Shown: one piece after another, positions 40,266 through 55,305 of the stretch
Layout of the letters: every line of letters begins with the position of its first letter
Position numbering within the stretch: position 1 is the first letter of the stretch
Assembly (NCBI GenBank): GCA_951406725.2
Contig: OX597815.1
Span: 164,052,001-164,116,000 of the forward strand
Direction of reading: 5' to 3'
Length of the DNA stretch: 64,000 nt
From: Octopus vulgaris
Lineage: Eukaryota
The notes under the pieces: model-generated
Told to the model about the DNA's origin: nothing
Databases searched by the model: none
What the model saw: the letters and a program-made list of their open reading frames with translations, nothing else
Program-made: the position numbers and the translations under genes

Positions 40266-41215
40266 GTAGGTGTGTAACACGGAAAAAATAAATAAATAAT
40301 TACCAGAGTAGCCAAAATTCACAAAAGTACCAAGGTTGTAACAGCCTACTTATAAAAGTAGAAACTCCAGGTTTAGGTGAAATGTTTTGGGATAATATAT
40401 AGATAAATAAATAAAGGGAGTTAAACGCTGGTATTATTTAAATCTTTTTACTTCCGACAAAACATTGGTATTATTCCAGAAGGAATAAAATAATCCACAA
40501 TTGTCAAGTTAAACTCTGACTGTGCAACTGGGTTTGTTTTGCGCCAAAAACAGAGCACATGGTGCATAAAATTTTATAAGCAAAACAATCAAACACTGAG
40601 ATTTTAAATCAGATGTCATATTATTGTTGGTAGTCTAGTAGTCCAGGACTACGGTAAAGACAGTTTTGCTCAAAAAACCTGCACAAGGATACGTTTATAT
40701 TGATCAAATGTATATGCTGTACATTAGTTCACTCACTGCATCAAATCGACGTTACCTGAACAAATTCACGGTGTTGAAGTGATCATGAACACAACACCCC
40801 ACCTGGACCAGAAATTGAAACCTCGATTTCACAAAGTTACAACGTTTCTTATACAAACAATTCTATATAAAAGTAAATTTGTTCATGGGAGTTTAATGAG
40901 TTGGATGCGGTGCTGAATAAACAGTAAGAACTCCTAAAATATACATATACACCCATTACCGACTCTTTTGCTTTCGATCGCATTGTTTCTATACACGTAT
41001 TCGTATATGAAATATCGTAACTTACGGTACTGTCTATTATTTCAATAGAAAATCTGTAGAAATAGCTCTAAAAATTAATTTAATCGCACTGCTAACACAA
41101 GTAGGACAGAGTATTGACATACAAGCGTTTAATATGACTGTAAGCATTTTACGGTTGCATAACGAAATGCAGTGTTCCCACCAGCAATTTATTTATATAT
41201 ATATATATATATCTA

Positions 41216-42358
41216 CTAGCTGAAGGTGACCCGCTCTACGCGCGGGTAAGAGTGTGGTTGTTACTTTCTGTTGCTTCCTTTCAGCACGTAAAAAGCACCA
41301 TCCGAACATGGCCGATTGCAGCGCCGCCTTGACTGGCTTCTGTGCCGGTGGCACGTAAAAAGCACCAACCGATCGTGGCCGCTGCCAGCTCCCCTGGCAC
41401 CTGTGCCGGCGGCACGAAAAAAGCACCCACTACGCTCACAGAGTGGTTGGCGTTAGGAAGGGCAGCCACCTATAGAAACACTGCCAGATCAGAATGGAGC
41501 CTGGTGCAGCCTCCTGGCTTCCCAGACCCCGGTCAAACTGCCCAAACCGTGCTAGCACGGAAAACGGACGTTAAACGATGATGATGATTCTCCCTCTTTG
41601 TTTCTCTCTCCTTTCTCTCTCACTTTCCCCACTCTCTTACTCTTCCTTTCTCTCGGACTCTCCCTCGCTTTTTCTTACTCTCTATCTTTATCTCTCTCTC
41701 TCCCATTTATATACAACAAAAGATCTTGAGTAAGTTGAGAAATAAAATATTTAGAAAGATCAATCATAAATATCAGGCAGTAACAATGGAAAGGTGTGCT
41801 TCGAGGCAGACAGCAAAACACTAACATTTAAAAGGGACAGACGAACTTGCGAGCTGAATAAAATTAATAAAATATTGGAAGCCAAAGTTTGAAGGGATAG
41901 AATCTGAGGATAGTAGAGTCACCATGGCTGGCATTTCTTAACGACGGACAGCAACGTTTTGACAGTTTAACGGCTTGCGTAAAATTTTGAACTTGATGTA
42001 AAAGAAAATCCCTAAACACCAAGTTTTGAAGTGATTCTTTCTCACGACAGTAGACTCACCATGGCAAGCATTCAAAATTTCTTCATCATGGACGGCAACA
42101 CATTGACGATTAAAAGGCTGGCGCAAATTTTTTAGCTTGATGTAACAGAGAATTCCTAAACACTCGCTCCTTTAAATTTTAATCCCCTTCAAGCCCCATT
42201 TAGACCCCTTTTCACATTTTGGTTAATATAACCCGATTTCATTCGGGTCTACAGGGGTCACATTTTATAAGATGAGGAATTTTGTCCTAGAGGTCACGCC
42301 TTTCATTTGAGGGAAAAAAATAGTTGTCATGCAAACTTGCCAGCACTTTTAACATAGG
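41216..42358 (-). mobile_element. Non-autonomous Helitron with a nested insertion and an internal ~130-bp duplication
   Basis: 3' hairpin acccgcgcgtagagcgggt plus CTAG|T; duplicated block 41915-42020 / 42050-42163; 5' end uncertain. Confidence 0.6.
41283..41588 (+). mobile_element. RTE-related SINE/non-autonomous element with (GAT)n tail
   Basis: Three gcacg(t/a)aaaaagcacc units, ggttggcgttaggaagggca, cggacgttaaacgatgatgat; related copy at 46725-46880 (-). Confidence 0.7.
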
Positions 42359-42407
42359 TCTGCATATTTTCAGCTCAACCGACCACATAATGCACACATT
42401 ATATATG

Positions 42408-42495
<88 letters not shown>

Positions 42496-42787
42496 GGAGT
42501 CTCCCTCATACGTGAGCGTTGACGATGAATTCGACTGGTAAGCAGGTAACCTTGTCTTTGTTGAAATAGTTGTGAGCTGCTGGAGTTATTTCTCTGACGG
42601 GTAATAGGAATTTCCATATCCTCCGAGGAAACGTACTGTTGACCCAGACAATTAGAATTAATTTTAATAGAAGCATCAATTTAAGAAAAAATAATAAAGT
42701 AGTAAAAAATGAAAATTTAGCACGAAAAATTTGCAGGGTTCTAAATAAATGTTAAAAAGTAATAGATACGAAAATCCTACGTTATCA

Positions 42788-43248
42788 CTAGAACACGAAC
42801 GTTCGTTGGTGTGTTCTGTTTGTATTTGCTCCATCGGCGCGTTGACAGGCAGACAATAGAATGCGATGGCAAGATTCATAATATTTGTTGTCATGATTGT
42901 GTGTTGGTTGTGGCGATGATAATTCTCTCTATGAATGCAGACAGATACATAAAAGAACGCTGTGTGACGAAGTGAAAGTGATGGGAAGGTTGGAAATAGA
43001 GTGAGTGAAAAAGTGCTGGGAAGGGAAGAAATAGCGTGAGTGAGTGAGGAAGACAGATACATTAAAGAATGGGAGTGGACTTGTCAAAGTGGGTTTTTAG
43101 CCCTAGCAACGACACCTTTTAAGATATGGATTTCTAACGTAGCCCACGAGCATCGTCACCTCATTTTACATGTCCCTGTAAATTTTGGAGTGAATCCGAC
43201 GGGATGTAGTGGCCTTGAAAGCGATCCAAGCGGTCCAAACGCATTTCA

Positions 43249-43260
<12 letters not shown>
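42788..43260 (-). mobile_element. Possible non-autonomous Helitron
   Basis: Minus start tatatataaaactg as in the 31944 copy; palindrome acgaacgttcgt before CTAG|T. Confidence 0.4.
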
Positions 43261-43285
<25 letters not shown>

Positions 43286-43288
43286 CTA

Positions 43289-43341
<53 letters not shown>

Positions 43342-43356
43342 CTATATTTATATATT

Positions 43357-43426
<70 letters not shown>

Positions 43427-43431
43427 CATAA

Positions 43432-43650
43432 CGGGAAAGTTTACCAAAATAAACAAAAGACGAAGGCAGGTGGGGTACAAACAAACAAATGTATTAGTAT
43501 AGCGCTCAGGAATAGAAATAGAAAAGTCTCTTACGTTTCGAACCTACGCTCTTCGACAGAAAGATACACAGAAAAAAACAAGGAGAGAAATAAGGAGAGA
43601 AAAAAATGCGTGTAGGAGAATTAACGATCTATCATGGCGTCCTGACATAC
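43432..43650 (-). mobile_element. Short HHR-bearing element (CUGU-core family), copy 3
   Basis: Follows (TA)n; best-formed HHR at 43527-43564. Confidence 0.8.
43527..43564 (-). ncRNA. Minimal type I hammerhead, A6U core variant
   Basis: ucuuu CUGUCGA a GAGC guag GUUC GAAAC GUA agaga. Confidence 0.65.
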
Positions 43651-44981
43651 ATATATATATTAGCATATATGTATATACATATACACACATGCACGCACGC
43701 ACACACACATATTTAGTTCCAAAAATTAAACAGGAACAAACGGAAAATTCAAATACTAGACACGGGTGTTGCTCATTCTTCGTCAGTTATCGCCCAAAAG
43801 ACTTTCATAATTTCACGCCTCTTTTTGACAATAATTACATGGAATGAACAGTATCAGTGTCTCGTGTGTAAATTTTCCGTTTGTTGTACTTCTGCTTAAG
43901 TTTTGAAACGTATTATTTTATGTAACGCTATGCACCATTCTAATTTGTACCTATATGTGTGTGTATGTGTGTGTGTGTATTTACGCTTTTATTTGCAATG
44001 TTTGTATACGTGTGTATACATATATGCACATATCAAGATCCATGTGGCGTAGTAGATAGAAATCATCATTAAGTATGGAAATACCGCGGAGCTTGAAGAT
44101 ATATGAGGTGAGCCGGAGCTGTCGCATATATGATGTTAAATTCTATTAAATGCTTAGCAGGTGATGTATGCGATAGCAAAATAAATCTGCTGGTACTGAC
44201 ATGTGAAGTGAATTGATGTAGATTCCGGGATGGTGAATGGGTGGCGGGTAGTAAATTATGAAATGTAATGCAGTAACGACGGAACGAGGGATCCTGCAGT
44301 AGAGGAAGATATAACAAGACCGTATCCCATGTTGATGGATTTCATTGATGGAATTATAAAACATTGTGAAAGGTGGTGTCATAGCTAGCTGTACGACACA
44401 CATCGGGAAAACATGGCGGCATCATTATCACCACCACTGCAATTAGCAGCGTTATGGACATGACGGTGATGACGATGACGATGATGAAAGTGGTGGTCAT
44501 GGCGGCGGCTGGTGCAGGTGGTGACGCACGCCTACATGCGCAATATATCCGAATAGTTAACAAGGTCACTAAGCAAACATGATTTCCTAGGTTCTTGTTC
44601 TTTCTCTCTACGATAATATACTATTTCCGTCTTCATTTAAACCTTTCTCTCTCTTCACCTATCTCTCCATCGTTCTTCTCGATCCTTCCTCCTTTCTTTC
44701 TCTCTCTTTAGAAAATCCACTACACGCTCTCACATTCGTTAATCTTTTTCTACCATTTCCTGTCATAATTCTACAATAATATATAAAATATGTAAACTTC
44801 ATTTTTAACATATCTACTTCTATGCTGCTCCAATATTTCTGTGTACGTGTATGCGTCATTGAGTATACCTACATACATGCATACATAGATACATACATAC
44901 ATACATATACATACATGTATGTATTTATGTATGTATGTATGTATGTATATATATATATGCATGTATGTATACATATATATG

Positions 44982-45032
<51 letters not shown>

Positions 45033-45033
<1 letters not shown>

Positions 45034-45300
45034 GGGGGAGAATTCACAAAACAACAGAAGACGAAGACAGGTGGTGTAGACAAACAGATGTATTGGTTTA
45101 ACGCTCGGGAAGTGAAAAAGTCTTTAACGTTTAGAGTCTACGCTCTTCCACAGAAAGGAACACAGAAAGAAACAAAGAGAGAAAATAAAGAATGTGTAGT
45201 AGCTAGCGATCTATCATGGCGAATGCCGGAAAGAGGGGTCACTCAGGAGCGGTAGGAAGAAGTGGAGATAATAAAGTAGTGGTGATCCCAAAACGGTGTG
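45033..45300 (-). mobile_element. Short HHR-bearing element (CUGU-core family), copy 4
   Basis: cuuu CUGUGGA a gagc guag acuc UAAAC GUU aaag at 45122-45157. Confidence 0.75.
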
Positions 45301-45499
45301 CGTGCATATGTATAAGAGAGCATATATGTGCCTGAGCGTTTGTCTCCATTTTCAATTTTTCCTCTGTTCTCTAAAGTACATCTCGCTTCTCCCCGGAATT
45401 AACTTCCACATAAGAGTGATCACTGATTCCTACGGCACCTATGTGACATCTGACTACCTTGTAATTATTCCCCCTGGATCTTTCCCATATATAGACACA

Positions 45500-45606
<107 letters not shown>

Positions 45607-45619
45607 ATTTCAGTATACT

Positions 45620-45740
45620 AAGGTAGTGAACTAGCAGAATCGTTAGTACGCCGAGCGAAATACTTAGCGATATTTCGTCCGTCTTTATGTTCCGAGTTCA
45701 ATTCCGCCGAGGTCCACTTAGCAGCGAAATTTGAAACAGA
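45620..45740 (+). mobile_element. SINE family B 5' part
   Basis: gcagaatcgttagtacgccg..gagttcaattccgccgaggtc. Confidence 0.75.
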
Positions 45741-46235
45741 TATTTATTATTGTATACAAGGTGGCTAGTTACAAGAATCACTAGCAAAATGCTTATGTAA
45801 GAGTACAGGTATATGTTTGTGTTTCAGCGCGAAAATATACACCTATGTACGTATACTTGCATCTATACATCTCTACACCGACATATGTAAGAAGTTTGCC
45901 TGAAGTCGCTCCCACTCTGCAGTAACCTCGGGCTGGTTGCTTTTATCATAGCCTCATGTCGATGACTTGTGAGACGGAAAATGTGCGGAGGTCGGTGAAT
46001 TTATGCGTAGGTCTGTTTTGGGCAATGGGACCAATGAGAAAATGACAGACTGAAATAAATACTAGAGTATATACGACAGACTATACACACGAAGGCTGTG
46101 CTCCAACATGACTGGGGTTCAATAACTATTTCCAGTAGAAGCATACAAAGTATGAATACATATATATATGTATACATACATACATACATACATACATACA
46201 TACACACATACACACATACATAGATACATCCAGGC

Positions 46236-46276
<41 letters not shown>

Positions 46277-46724
46277 GGCAGACAGATAGACAGTAAGTAT
46301 TTATATTTTTTAAATTATTTTCAAGTGACTACCATTACATAAATATTTTTGACATATTTAAAAAAATATTTTAAAGTGAAAATGACTTTCAAAACACAGT
46401 AAATATTTCGTAAAAGACCCGTTCGTAATCTCGTTGTGAAATGAGTTTTTTTTTCCATAGTTTTTTTAGTGCATTCAACGTATCTCAACTCCAAAGATTT
46501 GGCTGCTATTTCTAACACGCCCTGATACCAGGTAACAGCTATTTGCAATAAAGGACCCGAAATACCTGTTACGTGGTAGCACGACGTACAAAAAATAGCA
46601 GCCAAATCTTGCCTTTTCAGGGGAAAGGACACGTTTACGCGTGATTTCGATGTCACCTTCGTTGAAAGCTTGCGAAATGGCCTGGAAAAGGAAAAAAAAC
46701 CCACGAAACAAAATCATCATCATC

Positions 46725-46880
46725 ATCAACATCATCATCATTTACCGTCCGCCTTCCATGCTGGTATGGGTGGGACGGTTTGACAGGAGTTGGCCAGACA
46801 GAAATCTGCACTAGATGTTTGTGTCTGTTTTTGAAGTGTTTTTACGGCTGGATGCCCCTCCTAACAACAACCGCCCAGCA
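46725..46880 (-). mobile_element. RTE-related element 3' part
   Basis: Reverse complement of the 41440-41588 motifs with (GAT)n tail. Confidence 0.6.
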
Positions 46881-47798
46881 GACATCACATGTATCCTACG
46901 GGTAGCCACCGACATTTCCTCTCCAAGGGGTTTTAACCTCAGTATTTACACGCTATTGAGTATAGCTTTGTCTGCTTCGAGATCCGCGGTTCCTAAAAAG
47001 AATATATGGGTGAATGTATGTATATATGCATGTATGAATATATGTATGTATGTACTATGTATATATGTATGTACATACGCATGTATGTATGTATGTATGT
47101 ATGTATGTATGTATGTATGTATGTATGCATGTATATATGTATGTGTGTATGTATGTATGTATGTTTGTACGTATGTATGTATGACGCGTAAGCAGCGTTG
47201 GAGGATGGAAATTTAAATGATAATGGAAATATTAAAGAAAAACGGAAAACAGAGAATTAAGAGCATAATGGTAAAAGAAAGGATGGAATAATACAAAAGG
47301 AAAAAGGTACAAAGAATGTCGAAAACTGAAGAATACAGTGGAAAAACCAAAAAGGAAAAACAAGGCAAGAAATGTTAGCGAAGCTGTTGGTGATGAATAT
47401 AGATGCAGCGATGTGTTGTGTATGTAGATAGGGTTTTTGGAGAATGTAAAATGAAGAAGCATTGGAAAAGTTTGAAGAGATGGTTGGTGGAGATGTTTAG
47501 AAAATAGAGGAAGATATACACGCATAGAGAGGGAGAAGGAGAGAGAGGAGACAGAGACAGAGAAGGAGAGAGAGAGACGGAAAACATGTGTGAGAAAGTA
47601 ATACAAATGAGATTGGGCGAGTATTAGAACGGGAGAAAGATAACGAGAGATAAAGTGATAATGAAAGCGAAATATATATATGTGTGTGTGTGTGTGAGTA
47701 TGTTAACACATGCGCACACACATACACATATACGCATATATATATACACATATACATATATGTACGTATGTATGTATATACATATATATATTTATATT

Positions 47799-47831
<33 letters not shown>

Positions 47832-47870
47832 ATTTATATATATACATATATATATATATATTTATATATA

Positions 47871-47957
<87 letters not shown>

Positions 47958-47972
47958 ATGTTTATATATATT

Positions 47973-48036
<64 letters not shown>

Positions 48037-48214
48037 TACATATACATACTGTTTCTTTTTGTGCCAAACTAATGAAAGTTTTATTCCCTTTGTACATACA
48101 TCAGTGAAGATTGTTAGACTATACGTGTGTGGGGGAGGGCGTGTGTATGTGTGTGTGTTTATATATATTCGAATATGTACATATATGTATATGTATGTAT
48201 ATAATGATGCATTG

Positions 48215-48261
<47 letters not shown>

Positions 48262-48487
48262 GTATATTATATATATGTATATTATATATATGTATATATA
48301 TATATATATGTATATTATAAATATGTCTAGTATATACTTATACATATGTATATCTATACATGTATCTATATAAGTGAGCCTCTGTGTGTTTGTGTGTGTG
48401 TGTGAGCGAGAGAGAGAGATGTGTGAACTCGCACTGCTGTATATATGGATGTATATACACACACACACACACACAGAGGCACACATG

Positions 48488-48524
<37 letters not shown>

Positions 48525-50094
48525 GCACACATGCATACACACAAACACATACACACACACACACACTGATGCTCAGAAAATAACTCTGATTCCAATCACG
48601 TAATTATTCCGAAGCAAATAAAATATCAGCAACGAGGAGAAAAGATGCTTGTAGTCTTTGCAGCAGCCTGTCCCATCTTGCTCGTAGCTGATCTATCACC
48701 ACCGCCGCCGCCCCGCCATCACCATCAAAACCACCTCCTCCGCCACCAACACAGCAACATCAACAACAACAACAATAACTGCAACAACAACAACTTCTAT
48801 CACTACCACAGTCCATATCTTTCTTCCTTGTATCACTAGTAAGGACGTCTACAAGATTTTTCTGCTATCACCAGCATCAGCACCAACACCAATACCATCA
48901 CACCTATCACTAACGATAGACACCGCCACCATCAACACCACCACCACCACCACCACCACCACCACCACCACGGCAACGACCACCCCTACAGCCGCAAGAC
49001 CAGCAGCACCGCAACCACCACCACCACAACCGCCACCACCACCACAACCGCCGCCACCACCACAACCGCCGCCACCACCACTACCAGCTCCACCACCTGC
49101 AATGGCGTATTTTTCATTGGCTTCTTTTGCCAACCATTCCTTATCTCTTGTTTGCTCATCAATTCCTAATTCCATTCATTTATTTATTCACTCATTTCTT
49201 CTTGGCTTTCTCCCTCACTTTCTTCCGTTCCTCTGCTTTCTTTCTTTTTCTCTTTCTTCCTTTCTTTCTCCCTTTCTTTCATTCTTTCTTTCTCTCTTTG
49301 TATGGTTTGACTTTTTTTTTCGTTTCGTTATCTTTTGCATTTTACTGCAGTTTTCTTTTCCTCTCCTCTCTTATTCTTCATGTGCAAATATATATTTATA
49401 CACCTATGTATGTGTGTGTGTGTATGTGTGTGTGTGACAGAGAGAAAGAGTGTGTGTGTGTGTGTGTTTTACAGACACATCTGCACACATACACACACAC
49501 ACCAACAATGCCAGTTTTTTGGGGGTTTTTTTGCCTATGGAGCTATATAAATATATGGAATATCTTTATTTTCTTATCTAAGCAGATTGAATATTTGCTA
49601 TTACGCTTTATTGTCGATGCAATTTTTTTGTCATGACAATGCTTTTGTTGTTTTTGCTGCTGCTGCTGCTGGTGTTGTTGTTGTTGTTGTTAGTGGTGTT
49701 GTTGATACTGTTGTCACAGTTAACGTGATACTTTTTTTGCAGTGTTCCATGTGCTGCGTTTTTTGTTGTTTATCAGATTGATATTTTCCGTTCCTCTCAC
49801 CAACTCTATACAAGAAGGAAAAAAGTGCAACAAGGATCTTACAGTCTGTCTCACAATACAACCACCATCGGCATCAACCTTCATCGTTTACTAACAACAC
49901 TTCGACAACACATGAAACCCTATACAGGCCAAGAAATAGACGAGAACTTTTCGTTATATCACCACACGCTTTATGATCGTGCCCTTGCGTGGTTGTTCAA
50001 ATACCTAGAAATAGCAACCATATTTTCCTCACTTTACTCCACACCGTTCTAAGTAAGGAAATAGCACATTAGGCACTGTAGTATTAGTATTTTT

Positions 50095-50351
50095 TTTTTC
50101 AATCATTAGACTGCGGCCATGATGGAGGACAGTCTTGGAGAATTTTTAGTCGAATTAATCAACCCCAGTGCTTTTCGTTTTTATTTTGTTAAGCCTAGTA
50201 CTTATTCTATCAGTCTCTATTGCCGAACTACTATGTTACGGGAGCATAAACACACCAACAGCGGTTGTCAAGCAGTGGTGGGGCGACAAACACAGAGACA
50301 AAGACACACACACACATATATACATATACATATATATATGTTTATATGTAC

Positions 50352-50389
<38 letters not shown>

Positions 50390-50790
50390 CACCCGGTGGT
50401 GCTATTAAGTTAGACATGGCCTGAGTCGAATTAATCAACCCCAGTGCTTTTCGTTTTTATTTTGTTAAGCCTAGTACTTATTCTATCAGTCTCTATTGCC
50501 GAACCACTATGTTACGGGAGCATAAACACACCAACAGCGGTTGTCAAGCAGTGGTGGGGCGACAAACACAGAGACAAAGACACACACACACATATATACA
50601 TATACATATATATATGTTTATATGTACGTGTGTGTATATATATATATATATATATAGCACCAGGTGGTGCTATTAAGTTAGACATGGCCTGGGCCAATAA
50701 TGGCCGAAACCTATCAAAGTATCAAAGTATATATATATATTCCACTTCGGCATCTGAAACTCAGAGTTTTATCTTAACTATCGAGTAATG

Positions 50791-50853
<63 letters not shown>

Positions 50854-50990
50854 TTCATACACACACACACACACGACAGGCTTCTTTCAGTTTTCTTTGT
50901 CAAATCCACTCACAAGACTTTGGTCGGCTCGAGACTACAGAAGATGTTTACCGTAGGTGCCTCGCAGAGGGGCTGAATCCAGAACCATGT
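50095..50990 (-). mobile_element. SINE family A with an internal insertion and tandem duplication
   Basis: 3' half at 50095-50310, 5' half at 50875-50990. Confidence 0.75.
50148..50691. repeat. Tandem duplication, ~276-bp unit x2
   Basis: agtcgaattaatcaacccc starts at 50148 and 50424; near-identical. Confidence 0.9.
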
Positions 50991-51099
50991 ACTCATATCT
51001 GGAGTTATATTACTGCTCAAAGCTTGTTCTTACATCTTACACCTTAATCTTACATTATAGGAGTTAATATAAAGTCACTCAGAGTTACTCTATAGAGGA

Positions 51100-51307
51100 T
51101 TGGATCAACGGAGTCAGCCTGCTCGTAAAATTAACGGCTGAGCACTCCACAGACACGTGTACCCTTAACGTATTTCTCAGGGAGATTCAGCGTGACACAG
51201 GGTGTGACATGGATGACCTTTTGAAATACAGGTACAACTCATTTTTGAACTCAGGACCTTAACGATCGTGAGGCGAATGCCCTAACCACTAATCTACGCG
51301 CCTTTAC
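51100..51307 (-). mobile_element. SINE family C/D, internally deleted
   Basis: Similar to 63690-63835 plus tRNA head. Confidence 0.75.
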
Positions 51308-51794
51308 TCTTGTATTATAGAATTGCGATAATAAAACATCAAAGATAAAGTTGATTTTTTCCAACCACCAGTAGGGCATGTATTTTTCTGAAAAGTTATA
51401 GTACAGTCTGGTGGCTAGGGAGAACAAGTTAGGAAACACTGGCGTAGACCCAACAAGTAAAAACAAACAAAAGAGGTCTTGTATCTTTCTTTATTGTCAG
51501 GTAGTCAGCTGTCGAACGATGCTTTTGCAACTTCCTATGCTCATCACTGAATTTGCGCAGAGGTGAAGTTGGTTTCCCTCCTTTTTCTTTGCGTGTATAA
51601 TTTATTTTTCAACGCAACCGCCTTGACTGTTAGATGAAGGCAAGTTCGCCTGGGCACTCAGGATGCAAAAGAGCAGGGACAAATACAAAAAGATATCGTG
51701 TTCAATCCAACATTATAATGCAGTTGCATTATTTTAAAGACTCCGGAAGAACGAGATTCACAGTAAAGAAGAGTGAATGTAAAGAAGAGTGAAC

Positions 51795-52220
51795 AGGCGT
51801 ATGAGTGGCTGTGTGGTAAGTAGCTTTCTTACGAACCGCATGGTCATGGGTTCAGTCCCACTGCTTGACACCTTGGGCAAGTGTCTTCTACTATAGTCTC
51901 GGACCAACCAAAGCTTTGTGAGTGGATTTGGTAGACGGAAACTGAAAAAAGCCCGTCGTATATATGTATATATATATATGTATGTGTGTGTATATGTTTG
52001 TGTGTCTGTGTTTGTCCCCTCAACATTGCTTGACAACCGATGCTGGTGTGCTTACGTCCCCGTAACTAGCGGTTCGGTAAAAAGAGACCGATAGAATAAG
52101 TACTAGGCTTACAAAAAACAAGTCCGGGGGTCGATTTGCTCGACTAAAGGCGGTGCTCCAGCATGGCCGCAGTCAAATGACTGAAACAAGTAAAAGAGTA
52201 AAAGACTAAAAAAGAGTAAA
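51795..52220 (+). mobile_element. SINE family A, full length
   Basis: Head through tail gaaacaagtaaaagagtaaaaga. Confidence 0.9.
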
Positions 52221-52948
52221 TGTCTCAAGGCATTTTGTCCGATGCCTAACGACTCTACCAGTGTGCAACCTTATTGAAGTCACACATAAAATATAAAGAT
52301 TGGTGAGCCAGATTCTGCTCGAGCAGAGTTTATATGATGAATGTGAGGAGTGTAAACAACTGCAAACACTGTATTTTTAATTCTCATTTATTAGTGCTAA
52401 GTGTAACACCAAAGGTACTTTTACTTTTGTATCGTTTTCTTTCTCGTTTCAAATTTGCCTTGTATTTTCTTGTTGTTACTATCTTAAAACCGGAATGGTT
52501 ATGACGACGTTATGTTGATGCAATACGTTCAGAACATACAAATGTCATTATATCGAACAAGACATGTAAAACTGCTTGCTCCATTTTGCTTGAGTGAACA
52601 AAAAAAAATCTTTATTCAAACTTCACAGTTGAATAAATAGCTATAGGAATGTCATCACTGCTGCAAACACAAATAAGCCGGTCTAGCTATACAGATAACA
52701 AAAACAACGACAAAAAAAGGAGAGAGAAAGAATAGAAATCATAACAGTATCAATAGTTCTAACAAAACTAATTGTATTTCCTTTCTTTATAAAATTTTTC
52801 GATGCTTTTACGCATTGATTACTTCGCCTAAGTTGTAGTTTCTATCCACTATTTTTTCCTTAAGCGGAAAAATACAATTATACGTACCTACACGCATACA
52901 TGAATACATAAATACATGTGTTCATAGGAATGCATGTCTGTACATACG

Positions 52949-52989
<41 letters not shown>

Positions 52990-53074
52990 GTATATAATAT
53001 ATATAAATATATATATAATATATATATATAAATATATATGCATAATATATGTATATATATATATATATATAGAT

Positions 53075-53440
53075 ATATATGCATAAAAACACGCATATAT
53101 GTACATGCCTACATATATATGTATATATACATGCATATATAGCTACAGGATGTCGAAAGAACGTGAATAAAATAAGAAACGAGAACATAAAAAACAAAAG
53201 CATGGAAAGCGAACTTTTTTCGAACAACGAAAGAAACAAATAGAGAAACGAGACAGGCAACATAAAGAACATTTCCTTCATCAGTTGTCCCCTGTTTTTA
53301 TCTACTCCACGTATCGAAGGTAGGGACAAGACGCGACTTCGTTAAAACAATCCTTCCTTCAAAGCAAATTAAATAAAATTTGGGATTTTTCGCGGAGGGT
53401 TAAAGTGGTAGCAAAAACAGGACAGTAAAAACAAAACAGT
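53075..53440 (-). mobile_element. Third copy of the 38188/38470 family
   Basis: Minus strand ccttcgatacgtggagtagataaaaacaggggacaactgatgaagg. Confidence 0.75.
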
Positions 53441-54169
53441 TACATCAGAATGTGGTCTATGTTTGTTGGGATAAGTAAGGGTGGAGACGCTAGGAATGTG
53501 GCATGGGTTTCAAGGCGTGGGAGGCAGGCTGAAAATGTTTGGGAACCGTTGGAGTAGACTATCGGATGCTGTTATACATCTCTGGTCACAATGCAATACC
53601 ACTCCACTGCCACTCCAGCGGGCAGGTCAACATTTCCTTTGAACGGAACGCAAGTTCGTCGCAGAATTTACCCACCTACAGATGAGTGGGCTACAACAAC
53701 GTAAAATGGGTTTTTTTCTCAGCAACAAACTCAATACCACCCTGTCTGGGAATCGAATCCACAATTTTGCAATCGTGAGCGCAACGCGCTCACATCTCAG
53801 CCACGCGTATTCACAGCTAATATATACTGGCTGTTATTTTGGGAATGGATTTCTTTTGTGCAGTGTGTATTTATTCTCTAGAATCGAGACTGGATACTAT
53901 ATTGTCTACAGAATAAAGAATAGAGCAATCAAAACATAACGACGATAACAGAATAAAAGGTTAATAGTCAGATCAGTCTTTATCTGTCTTGCAATAACTC
54001 ATCTCAGAAATATAGAAATAGAGTTTGAAGGGGATGGTTCTCGTCCATCTTTTATATGTAAGTGTTCGTATTAATAAACATACAAACACACATACACGCG
54101 TGTGGAGTTACACATAAATGTCTTTATGTGAGTGTGTATGCGTGTATAGAGTTATATATGTGTGTTTGC

Positions 54170-54206
<37 letters not shown>

Positions 54207-54733
54207 CATATATGTTCATTTATACATATATTTAATTCAGTATTTACATATAGATATGTGTGTATGTGTGTTTTTCTTGTGAGTGTGTGTGTGTGTATAT
54301 ATACCTATACATGTACACACGCGTACACGCGTACACAGATATAGATATTATATATACGACTATATTTACATTGCTTTATTTGTACACGGGTATGTATGAC
54401 TGCACACACACACATAAATGTATGAACGTATGTATGTATCGGTGCGAATGGTTTTGTTAAGCGGTGTCGAGTTTTACAATTCTGTAAATAATAGTAATGG
54501 TATTTTTTATAAGCTGAAAGATTATAAAAAAATATACCACATATATATGTGTGTGTGTGTGAATAATATTTTATACCATTGAATTTAAGTTTAGTCATAC
54601 CCTTTTACGAAGAATAGCTAGCATTAAAGACACACACATACATAAATGCATATGTATGTATGCGTGTACGTGCGTGTGTGTGTATGTGTGTGTATGTATG
54701 TGTATGTATATATATGTATATACACACACACAT

Positions 54734-54800
<67 letters not shown>

Positions 54801-54804
54801 TATC

Positions 54805-54985
54805 GCAAGCCACTACACATTCTTTATTTTCTATCCTTGTTTATTTCTGTGTTCCTTTCTGTGGAAGAACGTAGGCTCGAAACGTTAAAGACTTTTTCAC
54901 TTCCCGAACGTCATACTAATATATTTGTTTGTTGTCTACACCACCTCTCTTCGTCTTTTGTTTGTTTTTTTTTGTGAATTCTCCA
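54805..54985 (+). mobile_element. Short HHR-bearing element (CUGU-core family), copy 5
   Basis: cttt CTGTGGA agaac gtag gctc GAAAC GTT aaag at 54855-54890. Confidence 0.8.
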
Positions 54986-55305
54986 CCCACCATATATATA
55001 TATATATATATATATATTTCAACAATTGAGGGTAAAATTAATTAATTATTAATTAATTTCACCAAGTGTTCAGTATGCAAAGGGACCATTTAAGGCGAAT
55101 TCAAATTATTATAATATATAAAAAAGGGCTTAGTAAAATAAATTACTTTGCCGCATACTGAACTCATTAGAAATAGCAGCTAAAAAACTTTTTTTAAAAA
55201 CCATTTCTAATACTTAAAGAAAATCTCTCTCGTATAGTGTTTGGTCAACTCAACTCACGAAAGTTTGGGGGTAAAGACATAAAAAAATCAAATGCAAAGG
55301 TTATT

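Noticed and set aside
41284-41428. CRISPR-like spaced repeats gcacgtaaaaagcacc
   Set aside because: Spacers resemble each other, the repeats lie within a retroelement, the context is eukaryotic and no cas genes are present
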